Part shown: one piece after another, positions 28,484 to 39,941 of the stretch
How the letters are laid out: each line of letters begins with the position of its first letter
Numbering within the stretch: the stretch's first letter is position 1
NCBI GenBank assembly: GCA_001804315.1
Contig: MHFT01000054.1
Span: 28,428-84,888 of the forward strand
Source of the DNA: Omnitrophica bacterium RIFCSPLOWO2_12_FULL_50_11
Lineage (GTDB): Bacteria; Omnitrophota; Omnitrophia; Omnitrophales; Danuiimicrobiaceae
Reading direction: 5' to 3'
Length of the DNA: 56,461 bases
Notes under the pieces: generated by a model
What the model was told of the DNA's origin: nothing
The model's database searches: none
The model's input: the letters and a program-made list of their open reading frames with translations, nothing else
Made by a program: the position numbers and the translations under genes

Positions 28484-29502
28484 CCCCCACCATCTCTTTC
28501 GCAAGAAATTAAGGGGTAGGGGATCATCGCCGTCTTCACAGACGAGGCTTTCTGTGGTGCGGGGTAAACCTTCTCTTCTTTCACGTTTTCAGCCGCTTCG
28601 TTTCTGCCCGCTGGTTTTGTTTTCCACCGGTCATGGTTCCACACCCATTGATCGGGATAACGCCGGATCATCTGTTCCACGACCCGGGACCATGCCTCAG
28701 TCATTTCACGGACCGCCACGTCTCTTGGCCGGCTTCGGTTCGGCCAGATCGGATCCTTGATGAAGAGGCGGTACCGGCGTCCCTCACGAATCATGTACAT
28801 CGGCACAATCGCCGCCCCGCTTGCGAGTGCGATCTTGGCGGGAGCCACGGGCGTCCAAGACTCGCGACCGAAGAACGGAACAAAAATACCCTCTAAACTG
28901 TCGATGTCCTGATCTGCAGACATCCCAACCATGTGATTCTTTTTCAATTGTTCCAGCACGAGTCGCACAGCCTCATCCCTGTAAATCGTTCGTACCAAGG
29001 CGTTTTCGCGAAGCGAAATCACAAAGTGATCGTAGCAATCGAAATAGATTCTTCGGCCGACGAGCCGCCCTTGATAACCCAGGAAGCGGAAGTACGACGC
29101 CAAAAGTTCCCAGTTCCCCAGGTGGCCGGTCAATGCAATGACGCCCTGACCGCGCGAAAGCGCTTCGTCCAGCTTCCCCGTACCTTCATCCAAACGCACG
29201 AGATCGACAATTCGCTGCCGCGTGAGCTTTGGAAACCGGCAGACGTCGACGGCGGTTTTCGACAAATGGACAAAAACACCGCAGCCAATTTTATACCGCT
29301 CAGCCGCGCTTATCTCTGAGCCAAAAGCCTGGTCCAGGTGTCGAAGCGTGCTCACACGCTGACTGGGTAACATCCACCAGGCGCACGTACCCATGCACGC
29401 CGCGAGGGCATGACCTGCGGAACGCGGCACAATCAAAAAAAACTGCTGAACGGCTCCCAATAGAAGATACAGATAAAAACGATACCATTTTTTCTTCGCC
29501 AT
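28480..29502 (-). CDS. Lipid A biosynthesis (Kdo)2-lipid IVA acyltransferase family protein (LpxL/HtrB-like)
   Basis: An N-terminal hydrophobic segment, LTGHLGNWELL (the HX4E-type motif of the family), and a size of 340 aa. Confidence 0.83.
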   Translation of the reverse strand: MAKKKWYRFYLYLLLGAVQQFFLIVPRSAGHALAACMGTCAWWMLPSQRVSTLRHLDQAFGSEISAAERYKIGCGVFVHLSKTAVDVCRFPKLTRQRIVDLVRLDEGTGKLDEALSRGQGVIALTGHLGNWELLASYFRFLGYQGRLVGRRIYFDCYDHFVISLRENALVRTIYRDEAVRLVLEQLKKNHMVGMSADQDIDSLEGIFVPFFGRESWTPVAPAKIALASGAAIVPMYMIREGRRYRLFIKDPIWPNRSRPRDVAVREMTEAWSRVVEQMIRRYPDQWVWNHDRWKTKPAGRNEAAENVKEEKVYPAPQKASSVKTAMIPYPLISCERDGGG

Positions 29503-29528
29503 GCTACAGGTTCGTAAAACCCGATACC

Positions 29529-30494
29529 CTACACAAACCCTGCTCTCAACAAATCTTGTACGTCTAAGAGGCCAACGGCACGACCTTTTTTGTCCACGAC
29601 CGGCAGCTCATCAATTTTCCGTTCCCGGAGAAGCCGGATTGCCTCAGCAGCTAATTTCGCCTCCTGAATCGTCACCGGCCGTTTGGTAGCAAGCGTGCCG
29701 ATCTTTTCTGTCAGAATCGACACACCGTTTTTCCTTAAGTGGCGCCGCAAATCACCATCCGTAAACAAACCTTTTAACTTTCCCCTTCCATCCACAATCG
29801 TGACGGATCCGGCACGAGCTCGGGTAATCGCGAGCAGAGCTTTCTGGACGGACGCATTGCCTTGTACGGTGGGATGATTCCTGCCACGCCGCATCAAATC
29901 GCGAACCTTGATCAATTTCCTGCCCAGACTTCCGCCCGGATGAAGGCGCGCAAAATCGTCTTCCCGAAATCCTTTCCGCTTGGCGAGACAAAGCGCGAGG
30001 GCATCTCCCATAGCGAGAGATGCCGTCGTTGACGCCGTAGGGGCGAAATTCCAAGGACAAGCTTCTCGACCTAAACCAACATTCAAGACGACGTCGGAAT
30101 TTTTTGCGAGCGTCGACTCTCTATTGCCGGTCATGGCAATCACCGCCGCGCCCATCCGTTTGATCGTGGAAAGAAGTTTTGTAATTTCCTCCGTCTCTCC
30201 GCTGTTGGAAATAGCGATCACGACATCCCGCTTGGTCACCATTCCCAGATCACCATGGACCGCCTCAGCCGGATGCAAAAAAAGACTCGGTGTTCCAGTC
30301 GAAGCAAGAGTTGCCGCAATCTTCCGACCAATGAAGCCGGGTTTCCCCATGCCGGTAAGGACAACGCGTCCCGTACAGCGCTCGAGCAGATCAAGCGCAC
30401 GTTCAAAATTGCGGTCGATCCGCGGAATCAGTTCCCGTACCGCCCGGGATTCCATGTGCAAAATCTTACGCGCCAGCTCACGGTCTCGCTTCAT
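29529..30494 (-). CDS. kdsD: Arabinose-5-phosphate isomerase (SIS plus tandem CBS)
   Basis: GRVVLTGMGKPGFIGRKIAATL, ISNSGETEE, and a C-terminal CBS pair. 321 aa. Confidence 0.92.
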   Translation of the reverse strand: MKRDRELARKILHMESRAVRELIPRIDRNFERALDLLERCTGRVVLTGMGKPGFIGRKIAATLASTGTPSLFLHPAEAVHGDLGMVTKRDVVIAISNSGETEEITKLLSTIKRMGAAVIAMTGNRESTLAKNSDVVLNVGLGREACPWNFAPTASTTASLAMGDALALCLAKRKGFREDDFARLHPGGSLGRKLIKVRDLMRRGRNHPTVQGNASVQKALLAITRARAGSVTIVDGRGKLKGLFTDGDLRRHLRKNGVSILTEKIGTLATKRPVTIQEAKLAAEAIRLLRERKIDELPVVDKKGRAVGLLDVQDLLRAGFV

Positions 30495-30589
30495 CCCATC
30501 ACCTCCTTGCCTGCTGCCGAAGCCGGCAGTCTTTCTCTCTGAGAAAAGAAAGAGTGCGCCTGTTGCGTGGATACACCTCGGCGCACTCT

Positions 30590-30609
<20 letters not shown>
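30493..30609 (-). promoter_or_regulatory. Structured kdsA-kdsD junction: a 17-bp long-range helix closing three hairpins and containing the kdsD Shine-Dalgarno
   Basis: ATCCCATCACCTCCTTG (30493-30509) is the exact reverse complement of CAAGGAGGTGATGGGAT (30593-30609). The inner hairpins are CTGCCG/CGGCAG (30514-30529), TCTTTCT/AGAAAGA (30530-30552) and AGAGTGCGCC/GGCGCACTCT (30551-30589). Confidence 0.7.
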
Positions 30610-33301
<2,692 letters not shown>

Positions 33302-33304
33302 GGA

Positions 33305-34030
33305 CTAAGATCTCAGGATGACAGAATTCACCAATTCAAAGTCCTCCTCTGTATCGACGCCGATCGAATCGTGAATGGTCTCAATCACTTTAATCTGGTA
33401 ACCATTTTCAAGTGCTCTCAACTGCTCCAATTTTTCACGCCGCTCAAGCGCTGAGGGCGCAAGCGCTGGAAACTGCAATAAAAAACCGCGGCGGTACGCG
33501 TAAATACCCAAATGTTTCAAGTAATTCTGTGCGGTCCCGTTGCGGTCACACGGAATAGGCGACCGTGAAAAATAAAGGGCCCGCCCCCGCTTGTCCTTCG
33601 TCACCTTAACAACATTGGGATTCCGATAGCCCTCAGGATCGCTTTTGACGACACAAGCGGTCGCCATCGCGCAGGATTCATCCAGCTCAAGCCCTCGAAC
33701 CACCTGGTCAACCGTCTCCGGATGGATCAGCGGTTCATCGCCCTGGACGTTCACCACAATGTCACAAGCCAGCTGCTCCGCCACTTCCGCAATCCGTTCT
33801 GTGCCGCTCTCGTGGTGTACACTGGTCAAAATGGCCTCGCCGCCAAAGAACTCCACACAACGTTTAAGTTCCTCGTGATCACAGGCAACGATGACCCGTC
33901 CAATTGACTTCGCTTGCTTGACACGCCGCCAAACATATTCCAAGAGCGATTTACCATCTATCGTCCTGAGCAACTTTCTTGGCAAACGTGTCGATTGCAG
34001 CCGTGCCGGAATGATCGCGATTGGTTGCAT
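33305..34030 (-). CDS. kdsB: 3-deoxy-manno-octulosonate cytidylyltransferase (CMP-Kdo synthetase)
   Basis: MQPIAIIPARLQSTRLPRKLL, NVQGDEPLI. ATG 34030 lies 1 nt after the upstream stop. Confidence 0.92.
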   Translation of the reverse strand: MQPIAIIPARLQSTRLPRKLLRTIDGKSLLEYVWRRVKQAKSIGRVIVACDHEELKRCVEFFGGEAILTSVHHESGTERIAEVAEQLACDIVVNVQGDEPLIHPETVDQVVRGLELDESCAMATACVVKSDPEGYRNPNVVKVTKDKRGRALYFSRSPIPCDRNGTAQNYLKHLGIYAYRRGFLLQFPALAPSALERREKLEQLRALENGYQIKVIETIHDSIGVDTEEDFELVNSVILRS

Positions 34031-34031
34031 G

Positions 34032-35102
34032 TTAAACGAAAGCAAGCGCTCGTTTTTGGGAAGCCGTCAACTTGCTGTCCACCGATGCTTCAAGTTCTTC
34101 TTTTCTCACAACCGCAGTTCCCAACTTTCCCACAACAATTCCGGCCGCCTTATTCGCAAGGATCGCAGCTTCACGATTGTCTGCGCCCGCTGCAAGCGCC
34201 ATCGCAAACACGGCCGCGACCGTATCTCCTGCGCCCGAAACGTCGTAGACTTCGTGGGCGGCGGTCGGAATCCGTGTGCGCCGGCCGCTTCGCTCAAATA
34301 AAATCATACCGTGCTCTCCAAGCGTGATGAGCACCACTTCAACCGATAACCGCTCGAGGAGGACACGACCCAATTCGTCGATTTCAGGAACACGGCCGTT
34401 TGACGTGACGCCAAACGCGCTCAATGCCTCAGCGCGATTTGGCGTGAGGGCGGTCACACCGCGATAAAAGGAAAAATGTTTTTCTTTAGGATCGACGACA
34501 ATCGGTTTCCGTAAGTTTCTCGCCTCCCTTAAGACACGCTTGAGCAGTCCTGGGTTGATCACACCCTTCCCGTAATCTTCGATGACGATGACATCTACCG
34601 TGGGCATCACTTTTTTCGCAAAATCGCTCACCTGGCGAATGTGAAGTTCGTCGAGGTCGCGCGTCTGCTCTCGGTCAAACCGAACCACCTGCTGAGAATG
34701 GGCCACCACGCGCGTTTTAAGCGTTGTCGGTCTCGTCTCGTCGTAAATGACGCCGCGCGTGTCAATCCCCTCGCGCCGCATTGCTTTCACCAGCATGCGT
34801 CCGCGAAGATCACGACCGACAACACCGCACGGAATGACGCATCCACCTAAGGTACGAATATTGTTGGCGACATTTAACGCACCGCCTGGAACAAACGATT
34901 CCCGCTCAACGTTCACAACCGGAACCGGCGCTTCGGGAGAAATCCGCTCAACAGAACCCCAAACAAACTCGTCGAGAATGAAATCGCCGATGATGAGGAT
35001 TTTCACCTTCGCAAAACGCTGGATCAATTCTCTCAAGCGACCGCTGGTTTTCTCGGTAGGGGCAACTGATTTCCGCACAAAACGCTTTTTCACGTTACTC
35101 AT
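34032..35102 (-). CDS. hldE: D-glycero-beta-D-manno-heptose-7-phosphate kinase (RfaE/HldE domain I only, PfkB family)
   Basis: ILIIGDFILDEFVWGSVERISPEAPVPVV, GGALNVANN, and DVSGAGDT at the C-terminus. No adenylyltransferase domain is attached. Confidence 0.86.
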   Translation of the reverse strand: MSNVKKRFVRKSVAPTEKTSGRLRELIQRFAKVKILIIGDFILDEFVWGSVERISPEAPVPVVNVERESFVPGGALNVANNIRTLGGCVIPCGVVGRDLRGRMLVKAMRREGIDTRGVIYDETRPTTLKTRVVAHSQQVVRFDREQTRDLDELHIRQVSDFAKKVMPTVDVIVIEDYGKGVINPGLLKRVLREARNLRKPIVVDPKEKHFSFYRGVTALTPNRAEALSAFGVTSNGRVPEIDELGRVLLERLSVEVVLITLGEHGMILFERSGRRTRIPTAAHEVYDVSGAGDTVAAVFAMALAAGADNREAAILANKAAGIVVGKLGTAVVRKEELEASVDSKLTASQKRALAFV

Positions 35103-35180
35103 GTTCTGGGAATGACTTAGAACCTACGCGCAGCCGAACAATCAGGTTTTGAGTGTATCACCCGCCTGATTAACTGTCAA

Positions 35181-35238
35181 TTGAGATGTAGCGGGTTGAG
35201 ATGTAGCGGTTTGTAGCGGTTTTCTTGTAGCGGTTTCT
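35181..35238. promoter_or_regulatory. Four contiguous direct repeats containing TGTAGCGG
   Basis: TTGAGATGTAGCGGG (35181-35195), TTGAGATGTAGCGGT (35196-35210), TTGTAGCGGTTTTC (35211-35224), TTGTAGCGGTTTCT (35225-35238). The array ends 23 nt upstream of a TATAAT box. Confidence 0.65.
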
Positions 35239-35261
35239 ACACATAACCTGTATCGTTGAAG

Positions 35262-35267
35262 TATAAT
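35262..35267 (+). promoter_or_regulatory. -10 box (TATAAT) placed 6 nt before the FIST gene ATG (leaderless-type arrangement)
   Basis: TATAAT 35262-35267, AGGGAC, ATG 35274. There is no Shine-Dalgarno and no good -35 hexamer (ACACAT at 17-nt spacing). Confidence 0.5.
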
Positions 35268-35273
35268 AGGGAC

Positions 35274-36458
35274 ATGACTCAAAAGATATTTTCATCTGCA
35301 CTGTGTCGAAAAAAAGACGGCGCCGAAGCCGTTCAGGCAATCACTTCAAAAGTCGCGCTCGACCTAAAAGGTCATTCGTGCGACTTAGCCCTTTTTTTCG
35401 TTTCGCTAGGGTACGATCAAGATCTCCGGCATTTGTCGCAGCTTTTCCGGGAACGTGTGTCGCCAAAGTTTTTAATCGGGTGCAATGCGAGTGGCGTCAT
35501 CGGAGACACAAATGAGATCGAAATGGGGCCAGCCGCCTCAGTACTTGCCATGCACCTGCCGAATGCCGAAGTCTCCAGCTTTTCCATTTCGGAATCCCAG
35601 TTGAACACGTTTCAATCAGGTTCCGATTTGGTGGAATATCTCGATCTTTACCCAACCGAGCGTCCCAAGTTCATTTTACTTGGGGATCCGATGAGTGTGA
35701 ACGTGAACAAGCTACTCGACTTGTTCAATCAAGGCTATCAGGACGCGCCCGTGATCGGCGGTCTTGCGAGCGGCATGGTCTCGGGTTCTGCCAATCGGCT
35801 GGTTCTGAATGACGAGATCTATTCCAATGGAGCTGTTGGCCTCGCTCTGACGCGGGATATCGAGTTCGAGATGATCGTCTCGCAAGGATGCCGCCCCATT
35901 GGAGAGCCTTTTGCGATTACAAAAGCAGAACAAAATATTCTTTATGAACTTCGTGGAAAACCTGCCTTTCACGTTCTGACAGCGGTGCTGGAAAAGCTTT
36001 CACCTGAAGATCAACGCTTGGCGCAGCATTCTCTTTTTGCAGGTCTCGTGATGGATGAGCTCAGAACGGATTTTAAAAGGGGCGATTTTTTAATCCGCAA
36101 CATACTCGGTATCGATCCAACAACGGGAGCTTTAGCCGTAGGAGCCATGCTCGAAACCGGGCAGACGGTTCAATTTCAACTCAGGGACGCCTCCGCATCG
36201 GAAGAAGATCTTAAGAGTTTTTTGACAACAGGCGGAAGAAAGCCCGAGCATGAGGGACGTTCGGCAGGTGGAGTCCTGGTCAGCTGCTGCGGAAGAGGAA
36301 AAGGGCTCTTCGGTGTAGCAGATCATGATGTTCGAATGATTCAGTCCCTGAGGGGGCCGGTTCCACTCACAGGGTTTTTTGCCAACGGCGAATTTGGTCC
36401 GGTAGACCGGAAAAATTACATTCACGGATACACGTCCAGTCTAACCTTGATCCGATGA
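35274..36458 (+). CDS. FIST-domain (FIST_N plus FIST_C) sensory protein, no output domain
   Basis: LIGCNASGVIG, VIGGLASG, and a C-terminal GFFANGEFGP typical of FIST_C. The start was moved from TTG 35256 to ATG 35274. Confidence 0.78.
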   Translation: MTQKIFSSALCRKKDGAEAVQAITSKVALDLKGHSCDLALFFVSLGYDQDLRHLSQLFRERVSPKFLIGCNASGVIGDTNEIEMGPAASVLAMHLPNAEVSSFSISESQLNTFQSGSDLVEYLDLYPTERPKFILLGDPMSVNVNKLLDLFNQGYQDAPVIGGLASGMVSGSANRLVLNDEIYSNGAVGLALTRDIEFEMIVSQGCRPIGEPFAITKAEQNILYELRGKPAFHVLTAVLEKLSPEDQRLAQHSLFAGLVMDELRTDFKRGDFLIRNILGIDPTTGALAVGAMLETGQTVQFQLRDASASEEDLKSFLTTGGRKPEHEGRSAGGVLVSCCGRGKGLFGVADHDVRMIQSLRGPVPLTGFFANGEFGPVDRKNYIHGYTSSLTLIR

Positions 36459-36470
36459 AAGGAGCACAAA

Positions 36471-36830
36471 ATGAATTTGTCTGTGGTTGTCGCTTACGCG
36501 AAAGACAATGTTGATAAAGCAACGATCGGCCTTACATTGGCCAATGCAGCATTGGATGCAGGGCATGGTCTTAAGGTGGTTCTAGCCGGTGAAGGAGTTT
36601 GGCTTGCCAAGGCCGGTTATGCGAACGAGATCGACAACGGCCCGCCTTTTAAGCCTCTTAAAGAATTAATGGACGGCGTTTTGAAGAAGGGCGGAGAAAT
36701 CAACGTGTGCACACCGTGTATGAAAAAAAGAAAGCTCGAAGAAAAAGACATAATGAAAAACGTCCGTTTTATTGCGGGTCCTGATGTGATTTCAATTCTT
36801 GATAAGTGCGACAAAAGCCTTCAGCTTTAA
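36471..36830 (+). CDS. DsrE/DsrF/TusD-like small protein
   Basis: 119 aa, a Rossmann-like pattern MNLSVVVAY..ATIGLTLANAALDAGHGLKVVLAGEGV, and a conserved-type Cys pair CTPC. AAGGAG lies 7 nt upstream, and the gene starts 12 nt after the FIST stop. Confidence 0.65.
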   Translation: MNLSVVVAYAKDNVDKATIGLTLANAALDAGHGLKVVLAGEGVWLAKAGYANEIDNGPPFKPLKELMDGVLKKGGEINVCTPCMKKRKLEEKDIMKNVRFIAGPDVISILDKCDKSLQL

Positions 36831-36834
36831 ATGC

Positions 36835-36862
36835 GTAGGGGCACGGCGCGCCGTGCCCCTAC
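36835..36862. terminator. Bidirectional GC-rich hairpin between convergent genes
   Basis: GTAGGGGCACGGCG|CGCCGTGCCCCTAC is a perfect 14-bp-arm palindrome between the DsrE-like stop (36830) and the lipoprotein stop (36876). Confidence 0.6.
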
Positions 36863-36875
36863 TTGATCAGAACAC

Positions 36876-37262
36876 CTAAGACTCCTCGTAATCCCTGATT
36901 TTAGGAACATGGCCGCCTTGTTCCCTAATTTTCTTCGCATACACATTGTAACGCAGGGCCCGCTGATTGACCTCCGCTCGCAACTCGCCTGCTTTTTCCT
37001 CCAGCTTTTCGATCTTCCTGCTTGAGGTTCCGCTCGAAGACAACTTCTCTATTTTTTCCTCAAGCGTTCGCAATTTCGGTTTCTTTTCCATGATCTTGAG
37101 CACATGCTCTTTGGCAGCCTCCTGCAACTGCTCAATCGATAAGATATCGACTTCCATCTTGACTTGATCCAGCGGCTTTAACGGTTCTGTTTTCTCAGCA
37201 CAACCGAACAAGGGGAGAGAAAGAAGCGATGCCGCAAAGAGCGCCTCTAATAAACGATCCAT
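36876..37262 (-). CDS. Coiled-coil lipoprotein (hypothetical)
   Basis: A signal peptide with lipobox LSLPLFGC, then a Lys/Glu-rich heptad-like region. Confidence 0.62.
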   Translation of the reverse strand: MDRLLEALFAASLLSLPLFGCAEKTEPLKPLDQVKMEVDILSIEQLQEAAKEHVLKIMEKKPKLRTLEEKIEKLSSSGTSSRKIEKLEEKAGELRAEVNQRALRYNVYAKKIREQGGHVPKIRDYEES

Positions 37263-37299
37263 GTGAATGCGCGGATTTTAGTTGGATGATCTGCGAAGG

Positions 37300-38409
37300 T
37301 CAAGCACCAAGGATACTCGTCCGCTGGCTTTGTACTTCAATGCCCTTCATACGCTTTTCAAGCTCCATCGGCTTCTCAGAAGCGCTGAGGGCTTCGCGAT
37401 CTGAAATTTCTCTGTCTTCCCAAAGTTTAAAAATGGCGTCATCCATCGTCTGCATCCCCTCGTGAGCCGCGTTTCGGAGCGCCTGTGGAATTTTCGCAAA
37501 CTCTTTTTCGCGGACGAGCTCCCGCACGATGCCATTGCCCAACATAATTTCAAAGGCGGGCACCATGGTTCGGCCGTCTTTTTTTACGATGAGTTTCTCA
37601 ACCGCAAAACAGGTAATGTGATAGGAGAGGTGATTTAGAATCGTATCTTGTTGTGCCTGAGGAAAAAAACCAAGGACGCGGTCAAATATTTGTACGACCG
37701 ATTTTGCGTGAATCGTAGAAACGACGAGCCGCCCTACCTCCGAAGCCGAAAGCGCATATTTGAAGCTTTCCGCATCGCGCATTTCCCCAATCATAATCAC
37801 ATCCGGGGCTTGACGCACTGCGTATTTAAGTGCCGAGGCAAAGTCATTGGCATCCTGACCAATTTCCCTTTGGTTGATCACACACCCCTTGTCGACATGC
37901 AGATACTCGATCGGATCTTCAATCGTGAGAATGTGGCGCTGGCTCTTGGCGTTCATCCAGTTGATCATTGCATTGATCGTGGTTGTTTTGCCCATGCCGA
38001 CGGTTCCCCCGATCAAGATGATTCCGGACTGCTCCACCGCTATGTCTCTGAGTGCGAGCGGGATATGAAGCTCCTCAAAAGAAGGGAGGTCTTTCCACAG
38101 CATTCGGATGACGACGGAGTATCGATTTTGTTGCCAAAAGATGTTTCCGCGAAAGCGCTGCATCTCTTCAAACAGCGAAAAAGAAAAGTCAACGCTCCGA
38201 TTTTGTTCAAGTAAAGATTTTTGAGCAGGATTCAAAACGGTTTCGACAATCGCCCTCGTCTCTTTGTCCGTCACCGCCTCAAAGGGTAACGGCACGACCG
38301 TTGAACCCACGCGGGCACGGGGGACTGATCCAACTTTGAGAAATAGGTCGTGCCCCTTCAAGCTCACCACCTTGCCGAGACACTGATATAGATAGGCGTA
38401 AGCATCCAT
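37300..38409 (-). CDS. PilT/PilU-like hexameric secretion ATPase, divergent
   Basis: The Asp box ILTIEDPIEY, Walker B DVIMIGEMRD and His box LVVSTIHA match PilT. Walker A is the atypical GGTVGMGKTT. GGGGAGGAG lies upstream of the ATG. Confidence 0.85.
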   Translation of the reverse strand: MDAYAYLYQCLGKVVSLKGHDLFLKVGSVPRARVGSTVVPLPFEAVTDKETRAIVETVLNPAQKSLLEQNRSVDFSFSLFEEMQRFRGNIFWQQNRYSVVIRMLWKDLPSFEELHIPLALRDIAVEQSGIILIGGTVGMGKTTTINAMINWMNAKSQRHILTIEDPIEYLHVDKGCVINQREIGQDANDFASALKYAVRQAPDVIMIGEMRDAESFKYALSASEVGRLVVSTIHAKSVVQIFDRVLGFFPQAQQDTILNHLSYHITCFAVEKLIVKKDGRTMVPAFEIMLGNGIVRELVREKEFAKIPQALRNAAHEGMQTMDDAIFKLWEDREISDREALSASEKPMELEKRMKGIEVQSQRTSILGA

Positions 38410-38508
38410 TGGTTTCCAACTCCTCCCCAGAAGGCAGGAAGGAGTATCGGTATTAAGTATGCCTGGTTAAGTGGAAAAATGCAAAATGAGCAACGGAGGC
38501 GCACTCGC

Positions 38509-39900
38509 TTAATCGAGCAAATCGCTCAGGAGCTCACTGGTTTTCGCCACAGCGAGACGGGCTGCAACACCCTTGACATCGGGGAAAAATCTGAGCTCGC
38601 CGAGCGAACCCGTAATGAGTACAGGAATGAGGAGATAACCCTCAGGATCTCGGAGGGCATCGAGCTCGGTCACACTCCGAACAAACGCTTCAGCTAGGTA
38701 GGGATGAATCCGGAGCATTCCTCGAGCTTCGATCGTCCGATTAAATCCAATGGATCCCGTCACCGCGAGTTTGAAATCATCTGTCGCAACGTCTAACTGA
38801 TCAAAATAGATCCGTCGATCTCTCAGCTGGAAAAAAGCATCGATCGGGCGAAATGCCGTATCGCGTGTTTCCAATCGAGCCCGATACGCCTCGGGCAAAC
38901 GGTTCTCGAGCCGGCTCACGAGTCCGGGAATCAAGGAGAGGCGGTTGAATACCTCGCGCAACAAATTAACATGAAGGAGAGCACCGCCCGAAACGCTCAC
39001 CCGGCCATCACCGGTCATCGTCCCTGCCAACGCCGGCAAATCCGCATCACCTTCCAGCGAGATACCGAGTAGACCAACAAGCTGTGCTCGCCTAGTTTCC
39101 CCAGACGGTAATAATGCGTCCAAATGCAAACGCTCCGCGGTAAAACGAAGATGCAATTGTGGTATCCTCGATAGCTCGTCGATTAAACCGGAGCCTTTGA
39201 ATGTTCCATTCGCAAAATTTCCAGACAGCTGTTTCAATTCGATCCGGTTTCTCGCCCCTACCGCGTCTAAACGGATCCGCTCGATCGCGCCGATTCCATC
39301 CAAGCTTATTTTGCCATCGGTCAGTTTGATCTCACCACGGACTTCATTTCCTGTCCACGAAACATCCTTGAGCTGGAAATCCATGTCTGTTGCAATGAGA
39401 TTGAAAGGAAGCTGTGTCTGGTTGTCCGTAAAACGAAAGATGCCATCCTCCACACGCACATCACGAATCAGCAAAGCGAAAGGCGACGACCTCGTCACAG
39501 CGCGGCTTTGAAGGCTTAATCCGAGCACTTTGATCGTCCCTTGAGGCATACGGATCACGTGGATCCGCGGTCGATCTACCACCATGGAACCAATCTGAAT
39601 ACTTCGGTGAAGGAGTGGGCGCAGTTGGAGCGTGGCTCGAACTTGCCCGAGCTCGAGGACGGGATCTCGTGTCGGTTCTCGGTCCGGGTAGACGCTGACG
39701 CCTGTAAGTTCGAGCGCGAATCCATCCTGCCAACGAAGCCCCATGTGATCCACTCGAACTCGATTACCGACGAAAGATTCGAGCTCTTTGACAACAACAG
39801 AGCGATACCGGTTCATGTCAAAGGTGGCGAGAAACACAACAAGCGACAGTACAACCACGGTAACAAGGATAAGAGCCGCGATTAGAATTTTCTTAAGCAT
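38509..39900 (-). CDS. AsmA-family outer-membrane biogenesis protein
   Basis: N-terminal anchor MLKKILIAALILVTVVVLSLVVFLATFDMNRYR followed by a long beta-rich repetitive body, as in AsmA/DUF748 proteins. Confidence 0.75.
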   Translation of the reverse strand: MLKKILIAALILVTVVVLSLVVFLATFDMNRYRSVVVKELESFVGNRVRVDHMGLRWQDGFALELTGVSVYPDREPTRDPVLELGQVRATLQLRPLLHRSIQIGSMVVDRPRIHVIRMPQGTIKVLGLSLQSRAVTRSSPFALLIRDVRVEDGIFRFTDNQTQLPFNLIATDMDFQLKDVSWTGNEVRGEIKLTDGKISLDGIGAIERIRLDAVGARNRIELKQLSGNFANGTFKGSGLIDELSRIPQLHLRFTAERLHLDALLPSGETRRAQLVGLLGISLEGDADLPALAGTMTGDGRVSVSGGALLHVNLLREVFNRLSLIPGLVSRLENRLPEAYRARLETRDTAFRPIDAFFQLRDRRIYFDQLDVATDDFKLAVTGSIGFNRTIEARGMLRIHPYLAEAFVRSVTELDALRDPEGYLLIPVLITGSLGELRFFPDVKGVAARLAVAKTSELLSDLLD

Positions 39901-39941
39901 ACTGAAACGGCGGGAGTGACAACATTCAAGGATTGATGCTC

